Origin: Vicugna vicugna
Taxonomy: Eukaryota
Direction of reading: 5' to 3'
Assembly: GCA_013265495.1 (NCBI GenBank)
Contig: MU058384.1
Span: forward strand, 3,261,010 to 3,325,009
DNA length: 64,000 nt
Below, one piece after another: positions 27,077-40,879 of this stretch. Position 1 is the first letter of the stretch. Each line of letters begins with the position of its first letter. The notes under the pieces are model-generated. The model had not been told where the DNA came from. It did no database searches and saw only the letters and a list, made by a program, of their open reading frames with translations. A program made the position numbers and the translations under genes.

Positions 27077-28879
27077 ACCATTCGTTCCGCCCTGCCCCCA
27101 TAAAAAGCTAATATTTTCAGGTTGACTGAAAGTTTAACTTTGTGATTTTTTTTTATTTTTCAAGAAAATCCAGCGTGACGTGGCACGTGTTAGTGCCCTC
27201 TTACTTAACAAATTACACGTTTTCTTGACCTAAGTTAAGGGCTGTGCAAATCTCCCTTGTCTGTGTTTTCTTTGTGTATGGATTTCCCTGGTAGAGCTTC
27301 AGACACGTCCACAGTGGAACTCTGAAATTGAACTTCAGTCTTTCTGCCCAGAGCACCTCTTTGTCCCTCAGAACTCAGAGGAAGACACCCGTTCTCTGAG
27401 AATGTGGTATTTTCTGATGGTGAAATCCCCTCCCTTCCCTGCTCGCCATCAAAAAACAGAGATGACCTGGGAGTTTAAGTAACTGTCTGTCCTTGGGGGA
27501 ATGACGTCAGGGAGACTGCCATCATCCTCTTTTTAAAGAAAGTGATCTTTTTCAGAGGTTAAAAGACTCATCAGGGTTTTTAAGAATGTCAACACTTTCT
27601 AAGAGGTTAGAAAAATCAAAATGACCGCCAAAGACACAAAATCTAGCTCTCTTTATTTTGAGGAGCTTTTTAATGGCTTACTGAGCTCTTTCCCAGATCT
27701 CAAGATGCTTTAGAGTAGAAGCCAGACTATTTCTAGATGCTGCAGGAGGGCTCCCCACCTCCCAGGGGGAGATGGCCCCTCCAAGGCTCCCAGGAAAACA
27801 CTGTCATCTGGAGGGAAAAAAAAAATTATTTGGGATAAAGCTTTTGAAAAATGGATCAGAGAAGCCTTAAGGAGCCTCTGCTTGTCTGTTGCTAAACACA
27901 CCAATCCCTTCTTTTCTCCACAGACTCGCCTGGACCGACCCAAGCTTCTGCACTGGGTAATGAAGAGTGAACTGGTCATGCCCGGGGATAAGCCCTTTCA
28001 GCCAAGTCCCCTTTTCGCCCTAATGCGCCATTTCATTTTCAAAAGGCAGAGATATTCTCGAGCTATAAATCTCCTCCCTTTCTTCATCGGCTTGCAGCCC
28101 CTGCCCTTATGTGGGGCTACCTCTCGGAAGTTATTCACATTGGGTTGGGAGAGGTCAGCCCAACGCACAGTTCCTGGCAGGTGGTCCGACACGGAAGCTC
28201 AGGGCCCCATGCAGAATGGCGATCCCAAGGTGCTTTAAAGGCTCTCTCTGGAAAACAATGGTCCTGCGTCTTTGTCTGCATCTCTAGGGCTGTCTATGAC
28301 AGCCTTGGCTTCATGACAGATTGCTGTCCAGACACTGACCCCGTTGTATCTCCAATCGGCCTGCCTTCCAGTCCCAGTATACAGCAACTTGACATCCTTC
28401 CAGAAAGTAAGCTCTTTTTACCCTCAAAGGTTAAAAAAAAGAAAAAAAAAGCAAAGAAAAGAAAACTCATTGTCAGAGGTATCCATAGAGAGAATTTTTT
28501 AGGAAGGACCATGGTTCACGGAGAAAGACAACTCTGGGCAAATAGATATTAGAATTTGGACAGTTGTGCTGTCACTGACCTTTCTGCAGTTCTCTCCATG
28601 TATAACTTAGATTCCATTTCACTCTGCTTCACCTTTCAGTTTCCTTCCCAGCCTATCAACTTATTATTTACCTTTATTTTCTTTCAAAAAATTCTTTTTC
28701 CTTCTGCTCTCTCTAGTTCTGACTTGATTTCATTTTTTGTTTCCCTTCCTTTATCTTCCTTTTCCACTCACCTCTGTATAGACCTTATGTTAACCCTGTC
28801 ATGGAGAAAAACATCAGCCATGTTGATTACTCCTTCCTTTGCCCCATCTCCACATTTTGTTTGGTAGAACAATTGTTTA

Positions 28880-28988
28880 TTCATTGGCCATATTTGATGA
28901 TGTCTGATGTGTCCTTATGTCTACAGTCCTAACACGGTATCCAGTGGTATTTGAAACTCTATTAATATTTGTTGAATGCATGAATGAG
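28880..28988 (+). mobile_element. L2 3' terminus
   Basis: Ends aatatttgttgaatgcatgaatga. Confidence 0.55.
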
Positions 28989-29067
28989 AGAAGAATAGCA
29001 TACATAAATTATATTCTTTATAAAGAAGAGGTTATAATTTCTCATTTGCTCACCAATTCTGTAGATT

Positions 29068-29261
29068 AGGGTTTCTCATCTCAGCACTTTTGATATTTTG
29101 GACCTGATAATCTTTTGTGTATGGTAGGATGTTTAGCAACACCCCTGGTCTCTACTCACCAGATGCCAGCATACGCCTCCTCAACTGTGATCATTAAAAA
29201 TGTCTCCAGACCGTGCCAAATGTTTCCTGGGGAGCAAAATCACCCTCAGTTGAGAACCATC
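29068..29261. mobile_element. hAT MITE MER20
   Basis: gtttctcatctcagcacttttgatattttgg...aaaaatgtctccagaccgtgccaaatg...cagttgagaacca; terminal inverted repeats visible. Confidence 0.85.
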
Positions 29262-29270
29262 ACTCCAGAT

Positions 29271-29800
29271 CAGAGTTGTCCAGTAGAACTTTCTGAAATG
29301 ATGGGATTGTTCTATTTCTGTGCTGTTTGATACAATAGCCACTAAGTACATTTGGCTACTGAGCACTTGAAATGTGGCTAGTTTGAATTGAGACATACTA
29401 TCTGTGTAAAATTCACATCAGATTTCAATGACTTTATTCAAAAATAAAGAATGTAAAATATCACATTAATCTTTTTAAAAAAAATTGAGGAGGGGAGGTG
29501 ATTAGGTTTATTCATTTATTTATTTTTTAATAGAGGTCCTGGGGATTGAACCCAGGACCTCATGCATGCTAGGCATGCACTCTGCCACTGAGCTATATAC
29601 TTGCCCTCACATTAAGTGTTTTTAATATTGATTACATGTTAAAGTGGTAATTTAGATATGTTGAGTTAAATATAATAAATTACTCAAATTAACTTCTTCT
29701 GGTTTGGTTTTGTTTTGTTTACTTTTTTGACTATGAGAAAAAAATATAATTACATGGCTTGCATTTGTAATTTGTGTTCTATTTTTATTGGAAAGCAGTG
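29271..29800. mobile_element. hAT MITE, MER33/MER3-related, interrupted by a SINE
   Basis: cagagttgtccagtagaac...tggctactgagcacttgaaatgtggctagt...ttttattggaaagcagtg with degenerate inverted termini. Confidence 0.8.
29472..29606 (-). mobile_element. tRNA-Ala-derived SINE (Vic-1-like)
   Basis: Reverse complement tatagctcagtggcagagtgcatgcctagcatgcatgaggtcctgggttcaatcccc; tcacattaa duplicated at 29461 and 29607. Confidence 0.9.
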
Positions 29801-30199
29801 CTTCTTGCTTGATTTGGGGGTCTTTTTTCCCAATTTATTTTCTCATTATGTACATTCTTCTCACCTGCCTCCCCAAAATGCCATGGTTGCTATTTCTGTA
29901 CTAAGTTATTTTTGTGTAGTCCAATGTCTAGTTTATTACCCGTGTGACCTTGAGTAAGTGTCTCCCTCCCTGACTCTGGCTTCCTTTAAATGTCAGATCA
30001 GTGAGTTGTGCTCCATTTTTTTTAAAGTCTAAACTTTAAAATCTTACTCTAAAATATTATTGAATCAGCTGTGTTACACCAAGAACAACAGGTGAAATGC
30101 AGCCACACAGAGGACGGTCAGCTTAAGGTCCCTCAGAAAGACAACTCTGGTTTCCAGAGCACGGTCAGAACTTCGCCCTCAGGTCACCAGGTGAACTAA

Positions 30200-30430
30200 C
30201 TCCCTGAACTATGTCCCAGAGAATGCTGGCCTGAGGGGTGCTGATAGGAATTACCAGGAAGAAAAAAACCCTCCACAGTCAAATGGAGTTTGAGACATTC
30301 TGGGTTCAATGAAACAAGACAAGTCTGTTTAACTGCAGGTCTTCTCAGAAACTTTAACATACCAAAATGCATCGTGAATCAAAGGAGGTAGCTAGAATGC
30401 AACATTTTTCACATTTGTTCGTGGAACTTG
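30200..30430. mobile_element. ancient hAT-Charlie-type MITE (MER103-like)
   Basis: actgcaggtcttctcagaaactttaacataccaaaatgcatcgtgaatc; family recalled from memory, uncertain. Confidence 0.45.
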
Positions 30431-31812
30431 TATACTGCCTTGGATTTATCCTGATAGTTGATGAGAATCCAGTGCAGCCAGACATGACATTTTAGAGCGC
30501 TCCCTCTGGCACTGCAGACATCAGATTGGAAGCATAAGATGGGCGGTCAGGGGTAAGCCCAAAGCAGAAGCAAGGGAAGAGGCTGTCGTAATTGTCTGAA
30601 TGAGATTTTGAAGACCTGAAAAAAGATGATTTGAGAGGTGTTTACAAAACGTAATCAACCTGGTTTAGCGAGCCCAGACAATTTCTGGCTTGGCAACTCA
30701 CTAGGTAGTGGTGGTTCCACCAAGAAAATGAAAGCCTCATTAAGAAGACAGAGACAGACTTATAAACAAGTAATTACAATACAACATTACACACAAAAAT
30801 TGGAGGTACACACAAGGAACTGTGCGGCAGAAGCCATAGCTTATGCATGTACATTTACATAGACATATGCCAAAAAGTAAGTGCAAGATCCATGATCTTT
30901 CCAGTTGTAGCAACATGTATAAATGTTCCAGTTGCCCATTTCTTTAAAAAATTGGGTTCAGGGTTCTAGATTTAATTTTGTACTCAAAAACTAAAGCAGT
31001 TTTGGGGAAGAGGAGTTACAAAGTTAGAAGAGGACATACTTAATAGAAAACAAAAAAGGCAAATACAGACTGACATCTCAATGTAGGCAAGAATTTTGAT
31101 CATCTTGTTGACCCTATATTCCTATCCCTTAGCTAAAGGGCCTGGCATATTTGTTAAATAATCTGAATTTCAAAGCATTCTATACAAGTCCCTGAAAACT
31201 GAATATAATACTAAGACAATGATAAGATACGGTGATTTCATTTAACCTAGAGCACTGCTTTTCTCAGCAGCAACGGGGATTCTTCTTTCTTTGGAAATTG
31301 TTTTTCATCTTAGATGTGTTAGATTTTCTAAATAATACTCCTTGTCATCAGGGAAAATCTCTTCCACCCTTGAGGGTGGTGGCAAGCTGATTTGGCCTGA
31401 GGGGTAGTGGGGGTGGTCCTTCAAGGTGTGATGAAAGTTCCATAACTGTACTCAGCTCCCTGATGACTTAGGTCTCAATATAGCTCCTACTCTTTCACGA
31501 TCCCATTCTGAATTCTGTTCAGTAAACAATCCATTTTAAGAGATCATCCTGGTATTTTGTTCGCAAAGAGAATTGGGAATTATCTGTGTCTTGCAAACTA
31601 AGGAAAGAGATAGTGGAAAATTTAGTGGGCACTTTATTTATTTTGATACTCTATTGATTATAAACTGATAGGCATTTTTAAAATACGATTGAATTTCCAG
31701 TGGTATAAGCTCTATTTCGCCAGATATTCATAAATTATTCAAAGACTCTGAACTGTATTATTTTTATCATACTCAACCCCTCTCACTCTCTGCTCAGCAA
31801 TATTGCAACATA

Positions 31813-31961
31813 CAGTTCCTTGCTACCCAAACTGTGGTCCAGGGACCAACAGCATCAGCACCATCAGGCAATGTCTTAAGAAATGCAGAATCTCAAGCCC
31901 CATCCCAGACCTACTGGATCAAAAGTACCCAGAAATTCATATGCACGTTGAAGAGCCACTG
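31813..31961. mobile_element. hAT MITE MER5A
   Basis: tgtggtccagggaccaacagcatcagca...agaaatgcagaatctcaagccccatcccagacctactg. Confidence 0.8.
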
Positions 31962-32040
31962 ATAGAGACAACTCTTGATTGGCCATTTTAATAAGAATGG
32001 AAATAGAAAAAAACAAAAGGCTTCACATTAGACATACATC

Positions 32041-32301
32041 TTTTTTGAGGTATAACTGATACGTTGTATTAGTTTCCAGGTGTACAACATGATGATTCAA
32101 TATTTATATATATTGTGAAATGCTCACCACAAAAGGTCTCGTTTCATCTATCACAAATTTTTTCTTGTGATGAGAACTTTTAAGATCTACTCTCTTAGCA
32201 GTTTTCCCGTGAACAATACAGTATTACTGTCAGGATATACATTACATCCCCATGATCTATTTATTTTATAACTGGAAGTTTGTACCTTTTGACCATGTCT
32301 G
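32041..32301 (-). mobile_element. 5'-truncated L1 3' end with perfect TSD
   Basis: gaggtataactgat...gagaacttttaagatctactctcttagc; tagacatacatc at 32029-32040 and 32302-32313. Confidence 0.9.
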
Positions 32302-33329
32302 TAGACATACATCATAACTTCTTCCTTGTCAGTATTTTCAAGAACTGCTAAGTTACTACGAGGAACAACTGGCTTTTAATTTCATTTCACTCACTAGCGA
32401 TGATCAGTGATAGGAGAAGGTACAGGCCATTCATAAGTCCCACGTTTAGATCAAACATCTCAGGATGCTCTGAGATCTTGGCCAAATCACCTGTGTGAGG
32501 AAGAGTCCAGCCGAGAGACACTGGAAGGTAGAACAAGGACCTGGGGAGAGTCAGCCCTGTGGGTGGCAGCTGCAAAGGCAGTGAAGAGGAATTTCAGCCT
32601 GGTGAGTGGGTACGATATTTGATACATTGATTAAATATGTCCTCTGAATAAAGAAAAATGCAGCGTTTAAAGGGGGGAAAATGTGATTGAATTTCAGATA
32701 AAAGGAATGTTTTGAAAAACTACAGTCTTGGGAATAAATTCCAAAAATGTTCTCTCTACCAGCGTCATGACACTTGTCTGCAAAGGTTGGAGAGAGGCAC
32801 CTGGAAGGCCCATTTCTGCCTAAACACATGACAGGCAGAGCCTGGAGATGACATTTCCTTTTCCAAGTTCGGGACCCCTAGTCAGAGGGTGATTTACACG
32901 TCAGTCGCAGTGTTCTGGTCAGTGTTCCAGGCTGTCAGCTCGGCCCCGCCCTGTTCTTCTCAACAAGCGCCATCAGAGCTCAAGCTACACGGGGCTTTGA
33001 AAGGTTGGTCAAAGACCACATTGTGTTCCTCCTGCTGCAGGAGCGGCTGCACTAATTTGGATTGTGACTTGGCTTGTTTTCCCCCCGGCTCTTCCTGAGT
33101 TCCGAGCTGGGTGTGTGTCAATCAGGGCTGTCACGTCATTCAAACGCTGAAGGATGGTGGCCCTCCCAAGTTTCTAAGCAGTTTTTAGAATAAATTTTAG
33201 TAAGACATCTGGATGATGTTATGTCATTCTGCCCGCTCAATACCAGGAACAGTCACCGTGACATCTTTTTGCAGACTTATGGAAGGGGGGTATCAAATCC
33301 AGTGCATTTCATTTGTACACTAGTTGGTG

Positions 33330-33440
33330 CAAGGAGTGTTAAATTTGGAGTCTTCTAGAAGGCCTGGCTTGAGTCCTGCCTTTGCCACTTGCTTTGTGCC
33401 TCAGTTTAGTCATCTATAAAATCAGTATATGAGCTATCTC
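33330..33440 (+). mobile_element. MIR SINE
   Basis: cctggcttgagtcctgcctttgccactt...tgtgcctcagtttagtcatctataaaat. Confidence 0.65.
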
Positions 33441-33596
33441 TTATTTAAAAATAATGCATGTGAGGTCATTTGTAAACTATAAAGAGGTATTATACAAATT
33501 AGGATGTAGCCACACTGAATCATAGATCAAATCCAGTGGAATCACTGCTGCATGGTAAAAGATGTAGGTCCCGGTCAGACATTTCAAATTCAAACG

Positions 33597-33726
33597 TTAT
33601 CTTAGTAACCTATAATGAAAAAGAATATGAACACGAATACCTGTATGTATATATAGATGACTAAAACATTATGCTGTCCACTAGAAATTGACACATTGTA
33701 ACTGACTATACTTAAATTTAAAAAAT
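33597..33726 (+). mobile_element. young L1 extreme 3' end
   Basis: gtaacctataatgaaaaagaatatga...gacacattgtaactgactatactt. Confidence 0.85.
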
Positions 33727-34952
33727 ATATTTGTATACAAACATCATCTTAAAAAGCCAGGATTATTAAAGATCTTTAGAATCAGGGACTACTTTCTAGT
33801 GATGTTTGCTTTAGCAGCAAACATTAATTAGGTTTCCTCTCAGTATGAATAATTCTGAGTTATAAATGGGAATTGCCAAATAAAACTCTCATGAAAATAT
33901 TCTTTAAGCTGCTGAAGCAGATGGACACAAGTAAATAAAGCAGTTTTTTTCTTCTTTAGAGGTAATGGTTGGATAAGCTCATCACTGTGACGCAGCCCTA
34001 CCTGGCAAAGGCGCCCTCTTCTCTTTCCCTCTTTATGTAGGAACCTCCCCCACTCTCCTGGTTTTAGGAGCTGACAGCAGGCTACATATCCAAAAAAATC
34101 TCTTTTCTTATTCTCTTTTCTTGTCTGATTGAGTACTGATTACCTCTTTGGGTCTCTTCTTCTGATCCTTGCTTTGCTAGGTCTTATCTCAACATGAATC
34201 TCCCCCCAATTCTGGTCTCTGCTAAGTCAAAGGTAGAGTTTCCTGAAATTTCCCCTCTCATTAGTAAAGTGTGTAAAGGATGATTCCTCCTTATTGTCTC
34301 AGCCTTACCTTCTGAACTTTTAATAGCCACATAAAATATTTTGCTTTTTTAAAAGGAAGTGTTGGGGTAGAAGAAATCAGAGTTGTTTGTTTATTTTAAC
34401 ATGTGGAAGCATGGAAACAGGATGGAGGAGAAAGCAAGCATTAGTCCCAGGTTTAATGAATCAAAAGTCTAATACAAGAGAGGTGTTTTGTGAATTACAG
34501 AAGGTGTTTTTAATCCCTTAGAGGAAAGACTTATTTTGGGTAGAAGCGTGGTGTTAGGGCCCAAGATAACTAGTCTTTGACACAATGTGCATTCAGCTAT
34601 GCTTTGGTGGAACCCATGACGGCAAACTGATCAGCTGATACATGGAGAAGTGATCCTAGCGGCACTCCTGCCACATGAGGTCCATCACCAGTTTACTTAG
34701 CATATTATTCTATGAAAAGTCTTGAATTTCCTAAATGTTTCCACCCTTTATAAATTCAGTGTTAACACACAACTAACTAGTAAACTTTTGATCCAGGTTT
34801 CATTCATACACCTGCACAGAGAGACCTCAGCCACCAACATCTGCTAGGTCTCACCTGAGTAGACTCAGTGGACTAAGGCTTTGTCACCTAGATGGTTAGT
34901 GACTGAGTATGTGACTATATAAGACTCACGCAGTAGTTATATGGGTATTCCA

Positions 34953-35145
34953 ATAAACAACAAGGTGCTACTACATAGCACAGGGAACTATATTCAACAG
35001 CTTATAATAACCTATAATGAAAAAGAATATGAAAAAAAGTATATGTATAACTGAATCATTAAGCTGTACACCAGAAAGTAATACAACCTTGTAAATCAAC
35101 TATATTTCAATAAAAAAATAAAAATAAAAACCTAAAGAAAAAGAA
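34953..35145 (+). mobile_element. young L1 3' end
   Basis: ataaacaacaagg...atagcacagggaactatattcaa...gtaaatcaactatatttcaataaaaaaa. Confidence 0.9.
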
Positions 35146-35619
35146 ATATTCCTTTGGGGCCCTCAGGATCTCCTGAAGATTGCTAAACAGTTTGTCAACA
35201 TATTTTCTTTTCTTAAAATTTAGTTTCATGCTAACTAGAGATTTATTATTCCTTGTGAATCAAATTGGGTAACAATTCAAATATTTTTGTTAGAATAGAA
35301 TCTGTTCGTCCTTATCTTTTGAACCAATAATTATGTAGTGCTACTTTTCATGTTTATTTTAAATCATCATTCTAGAATACATACACCATAGTTATTAATA
35401 GTATAAAAAGACCAACCCTAAAAGAAATTAGTTTTAAAATTAACTGTGTATGTGTGTATTTATGATTCAAATTCCATGAAAACTGGAAACATGTGCATGA
35501 AATAAAGTGCTTCTCCAAGACAAAACAGAACCAACTAATAGAAACTGGTAGTAGACCTAATGAAAATCAGAATATAGGCTTAAAAATGTAATAATAAAGA
35601 TGACCATTTTTGAACAAAT

Positions 35620-35800
35620 AATTGCATAGTTAATGGTTCACTTTTTTTAATCTCTAATCTTTGCAGCAACTCAGCAAGAGTTATTATGTTCCCATTTTTC
35701 ATATGGTAAAACTAAGGCTCCAAAATGTGGGACAACTGACCCAAGTCACTTAGTTATTCATTTCTCTCTGACTACAAAACCACTATTCCAACTACACTGC
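35620..35800 (-). mobile_element. MIR SINE
   Basis: cccatttttcatatggtaaaactaaggctc...gacccaagtcacttag. Confidence 0.6.
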
Positions 35801-38800
35801 TGGTCTCAAATATTTCCTTTTTATTTGGCTTCTAAAATTAATCAATGTTTGTTTGAGAATTAAAAGATAATAATAATAAAAAATAATAATAAGTTTTTTT
35901 AAAAATTAAAGTAATTCCACAGTTTGTAGCAGTAGGCAGTAAAGGGTATTTTAAAGTAAAGAAAATATGTTAAATTGGAAAACATGAACTATTCAGATGC
36001 AAATTTTATAGTGATTGAAAGACAAAAAGCAAAAGAATGGGTTCTTAAATTATTTTCAAAATTCCTCTATTTAAGTGGAGTGGATCAAAATTTTAGCTTT
36101 TCAATAAATTTTTATTTTTCTTCTCGTTCCAAAAGATTGTTGAATTCTGGTAAGCCTACAAAATTTAAATATTCATTAATTTTGACACTTCTAATATAGT
36201 CGAGGAGAGTTTAGTGGATTGTATTTGATTTTATGTGGTTCCTGAAATTTTGGATATTAACTATTATTATTTGAGATTTTATTCATAAACAGATTAATTG
36301 CATCCATTGGAAATATATATAATTGTTTGCTTTTTCAAAGGAAATTGTTACTTTCTGTTCATTAAAGAGCACTGAAAAAAGATTTTAATGGACTGGGAAT
36401 TAATTTAATTCAAAGCCGATCCATAGGAAATTGCATGGCATATTTCCTTTACTTCAAACAAAACCCACTCCCATGCAGATCTCCATGGGTAGTGAGTTCC
36501 TGGTTTGTTTTTCTGAGGCCAAAAGCATTCTGTGCACAGGGCCAGTTACCTGGGGCCCTCTCTGGATGGGGTGTGCAGGCTCAGTGCCCATATTGAAGCT
36601 GCCAGTTCTTTTGATGGCTCCACCCATTTCACTACCATTAGGCCACAACTCTTAATCAAAGTCACTTCAAAGACCCCAAACAGATTGATTCACATGTGAA
36701 TGCTACCCAAACTGTCTTTCAAAGGAGGAGGGACTCTAGTCTTACGTTCCTTTGAACCTACTGTTGCTCATTTACTAGTATTTACTTTGCATGGCCTATG
36801 GCTGAACCATGGAAATTGGAAAACAAACTCCTATTCAGCAAGTCATGTCAAAGGTGACTGCAGAGCCAGAGAGTTGACTGTGGGACAGACATTCTTTCTG
36901 ATCAGGAGGCCCCTTCTGCAGCGCTGCTGTCTCCACAGTTACATACCTGTCCGTGGAAGCCGTTCGTTTATCTTGTCTATGTGGGAAGTCCTAGATGGTG
37001 CCATCAATCTGGGAGATGAGAGAGATGCCCATTTAACACTCCAACAATGGTTATGGGCGGCAGGGGGGTGTGGGGGGAGAGAAAGAAAGAAAGAAAGAAA
37101 AAGAAAATTAGCTGGATCCTGAACAAAGTTGTTTTGAGCTGCACTATGGTCATAGAGAAGATCCAGTAGACACTCTGTTCAGAAACATATTTTGTGCTCT
37201 GTCAAACACCCAGTTATGCAAGCATTCCCACATAAGAACATAAAGTGGGTGCTGTCTGAGGACTCATTGAAGAGGGGGACAGGAAATAACCACATTCCTG
37301 AGTTTTCTTATGCAGGAGACTCAGATTCCTCCAAAACAAAGCAGGTGCAGCAGGAATCATTGCCTAACAGTCATTTCTGAGGACCATTTTCCCTGCTGGT
37401 TATTCTTGTACTCAGAGTCAGTGAAGGGGTGAAAACACTTTGTGAGTTCTGAGGTCCCCAAACCAGAGCTGCTGTTATTATTACTAGTCGAGACCACACA
37501 CAGCAAAATGAGAAAATTGAATTCTTTCGAGATCTATTCCAACACATTTTAAAGCTCTTTTGAAACGAGATATTCATGAACCCAGATTGAATTCTGTGTC
37601 TTTTCTCTACCTGGAAGAAAAAAATCTTGCACATGCATTTCTCACTCTGTGATGTCTTAAGTTTCAATTGTGAGGATGCGTGTGAAAGCGCCTTGGAAAA
37701 CACAGCGTGCTTCACACCCGCATAAGCAGCAGAGCAGCAGCACCACCATCATCGCTAACAGAATGCTTCAGAGGCTTAGCTGAATGCTGTGTCTATGATG
37801 GGAGCTGAATCCCGCTCATGTCACTTGAACTGAAATGAAAATGAAGCTTTTCTTATGAGAAGGTCCTTGACTAAGGGGTTTGCTGCCAAGCTCACAGCAC
37901 TCCAGCCAGTTGACCTTTAGGGCAAGGTGCAAAGTCCATCTGTTTCCACAGACTTCTACTCCACAGGGGTTAATTTCAAGAGACATTTCTCAGACATGAT
38001 ATGGAGATGTGAGTATGAATGTTAATGTTTACTTAGTATTGGTTTTTTTTTCCTATCTGACGTTATACTTTGTAAATGTTCCAAATGCCTCACAAAAATA
38101 GACTAACGTATTCATTGAAAACATCACAAAATGTTATTTACAAGTCTAATTGAATGCATTATGTCAAGTGAGAGATTAAAATTTTGAAGTACATATTGAA
38201 AATAAAAATTCAAATACATTGTAACAGGAAGAGCACATCGTGCTTTAAAGAATTGTTTTAATCACCACTCAGATCTCAATACAGTTGAAATAAAAGCAGA
38301 GGAACAGAAAAAAATGAGAAAGTATCCATTAAGAGGTCCTATAGAGAGTTCAATGCCAAGCTCAGTGATCTCATGTGTCTCCTGCTACAGAATATCTCCC
38401 CACCGCTGTTGTATTTTTGCTGCAGAAGCTGTCCACCAGGTTAATCCCATGCACATGGCATCCTTAGACTTATATTTCATGCCTCTTATTAAGACCACAG
38501 AATACATCACATCGTGATCTCAATCATCTTGTTTATGTTAGCCTGGGTTGGTGTGTGTGGACCCCAGGAAGGGGGAAAGGGTAGGTAAGTAACTAGAGAT
38601 ACAGTAGGTGAAGAAACTGGATATCCCAGTCTCACTAGCCTGTTCTCCACACCTTCTCTTCCCCCTAACCATTGACTTTCTAGAATTTCCTCATTAGACC
38701 ATGAGTGAGAGAGAATAGATTTGGAATATTCCTTTCTTATCGTATCATTAGCTAAAAACTTAAGTAAGCAGTAGGTACATTTTTACAGATTTAGTTGGAA

Positions 38801-38841
38801 AATCTAGCTAAGAACACAACTTTCCTGTCTCTCAGCCTAAG

Positions 38842-39200
38842 TTTTTTTTAATTTTGTTTTTCACCAAAGTGTAGTTGATTTCAAGGTTAGTTTCAGGTGC
38901 AAAGCAATTCCATTATACATGTCTATACATATTTTTTTTCAGATTCTTTTCTATTATATGTTATTACAAGAAATTGAATACAGTTCCTCATGCTATACAG
39001 TATGTCCTTGCTGTTTATCTATTTTATATATAGTAGTGTGTATCTGTTAATCCCAAATCTCTAATTTATCGCTCCCCTACCTTTCCCTTCGGTAATCATA
39101 GTTTGTTTTCTATGTTCATGAGTTTATTTTTGGTTTACAAATAAGTTTTTTTAAATTTCACATATAAATGATATCATATGATATTTGTCTTTCTCTGTGT
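38842..39200 (-). mobile_element. young L1 3' UTR
   Basis: aagtgtagttgattt...cagttcctcatgctatacag...gatatcatatgatatttgtctttctctg. Confidence 0.9.
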
Positions 39201-39499
39201 CACCCTAATTTTTAATTCATCAGACTACATCAGCCATGAACGTGTACCTATGTGGTATGAACAGAGGGGTAGGGTATGGATGTGATGAAGTGACTAGTGG
39301 CATATAGAACTGAGATAAATAACATTACGGGTCTAAATAATATTATGGGTCTTGAAATAGGGCTATTCAATCTCAGGCTGAGTTTTTAATTTGCATTTCC
39401 CTCCTCTTTAGGCCAATCTAAGAACTGAGCTACAATTAACATTTGCTGGAGACAGCTTGTTCAGCAATAACGAATGAAAATACCCAATGTTGATGGGCA

Positions 39500-39695
39500 G
39501 TCCCACCTTGCCAGGGAAACTCTCAGCACTTGACATGCTTCATTGAAACCTCGTAGTATCGTATATGGTAGGTGTTACTTTGTCCATCTTACAGACGAGG
39601 AAACTGAGGCTAGAGACTTCTTGAGAGGTCCTCGAGCTAGCAAGTGGGGAGCTGGGAGACTCCAGAAACTGCATCATTAATCACTGTGCCCTGCT
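39500..39695 (-). mobile_element. MIR SINE
   Basis: ccatcttacagacgaggaaactgaggctagaga. Confidence 0.75.
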
Positions 39696-40879
39696 GCTCT
39701 CTTAAGGCAACTTGTACCCACTAGCCACCCAATGAACTGGGTGGAAGCCAAGACCCACTAATTTGGGGGCATGCTCTGTCTGAATGAGTGGGGACTGATT
39801 TATCAAAGGAGTGGCTTGGAACATAACTTGACACAAACTAACGCTTGACCAAATGTAGAATAACCAAGGAAACATCTGCCCAAAACAAACCTGCTTGGAC
39901 GGGCAAAGATCACTCGTCATCTGCACTGCAGTCATTTGTGTACACGTGGAGGCTGACGTGAACTTAACCATTTTGTCCTCCAGTGGAACAGATTGAATGC
40001 TCAAAGAAATGAATCAATTTGTTTCTCAAATCTACACTGCCCAGAGGGCTACCGTTCCCATCAGAATTGTGAGAGGCTCTGGACTGGTGGTTTGGAGCAT
40101 CATCAGATCCCAGTGTTTCTGTCTGTATTTGAGTTCTGAGAGTGGTTGTCTCCCCCTCGTGATGTGCTTATCTCTAAGTGAATCGGCCTGGCGCCTCGAA
40201 TTTCTCTCCCTTGAACCCTTTCAACATTGCACATGACAGAATGTGAGTCCAGCCCTGCCAGCAACAGGTACAGAGTGAGGAAGAACACAGTCCCACAGAC
40301 AACAGGCGTGTGTATGTCTGGTGGATTTAATTAGACATAGTGCCCCGTTAACAGTTTCTGCAGATATTCACATCAAATCAGACAAGCTCATTTTCTCACC
40401 CTCTTCGGTTTGGCCTATTTTCCCTTTCCCAAGTGGATCCACTCTCACCTTAATCTTCTGATGCCTATGTGCAAGCAGACTTCACTGTGCGATGTGGAAG
40501 AGATGCAACTGCTACATGACGTTTAGTCTTAGTCTTCCTAACTAGGAAACGTACATGATCATGATTAAGGGCTTTTTCTGGAGAGTTAGGGAAGTAGTGG
40601 CTGTATCTAGCTGGGAGCTGCAGTCTCTGATGCAGAGAATGTGTACATGGTTCTCTGAGACACAATGGCCCACTCAATCAAATTAAAACAAACAAACAAA
40701 AAACAGTGGCTGCATTGAACACTCCTGCAGAAGCACTTTTAGAAAATTAAGTGCTTGTGGTCCTAGAAAGCTAATGTCTTTTCTAAAGAATGCAACTTAT
40801 TTCCCCAAAGGGTCTTAGGCATCTACAAAGCTAAAACTGCTGGACTGAAAAACAAGCATATTGTAACACAGCGAAAAGA

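Noticed and set aside
30495..30515. CTCF-like motif (also about 34010 and 45995)
   Set aside because: Only the 3' half of the core matches; the CCA/CCG half is missing
39317..39352. 18-bp tandem duplication (and a 12-bp repeat at 1669/1685)
   Set aside because: Two-copy local slippage, common; no array or spacer structure, so not CRISPR-like
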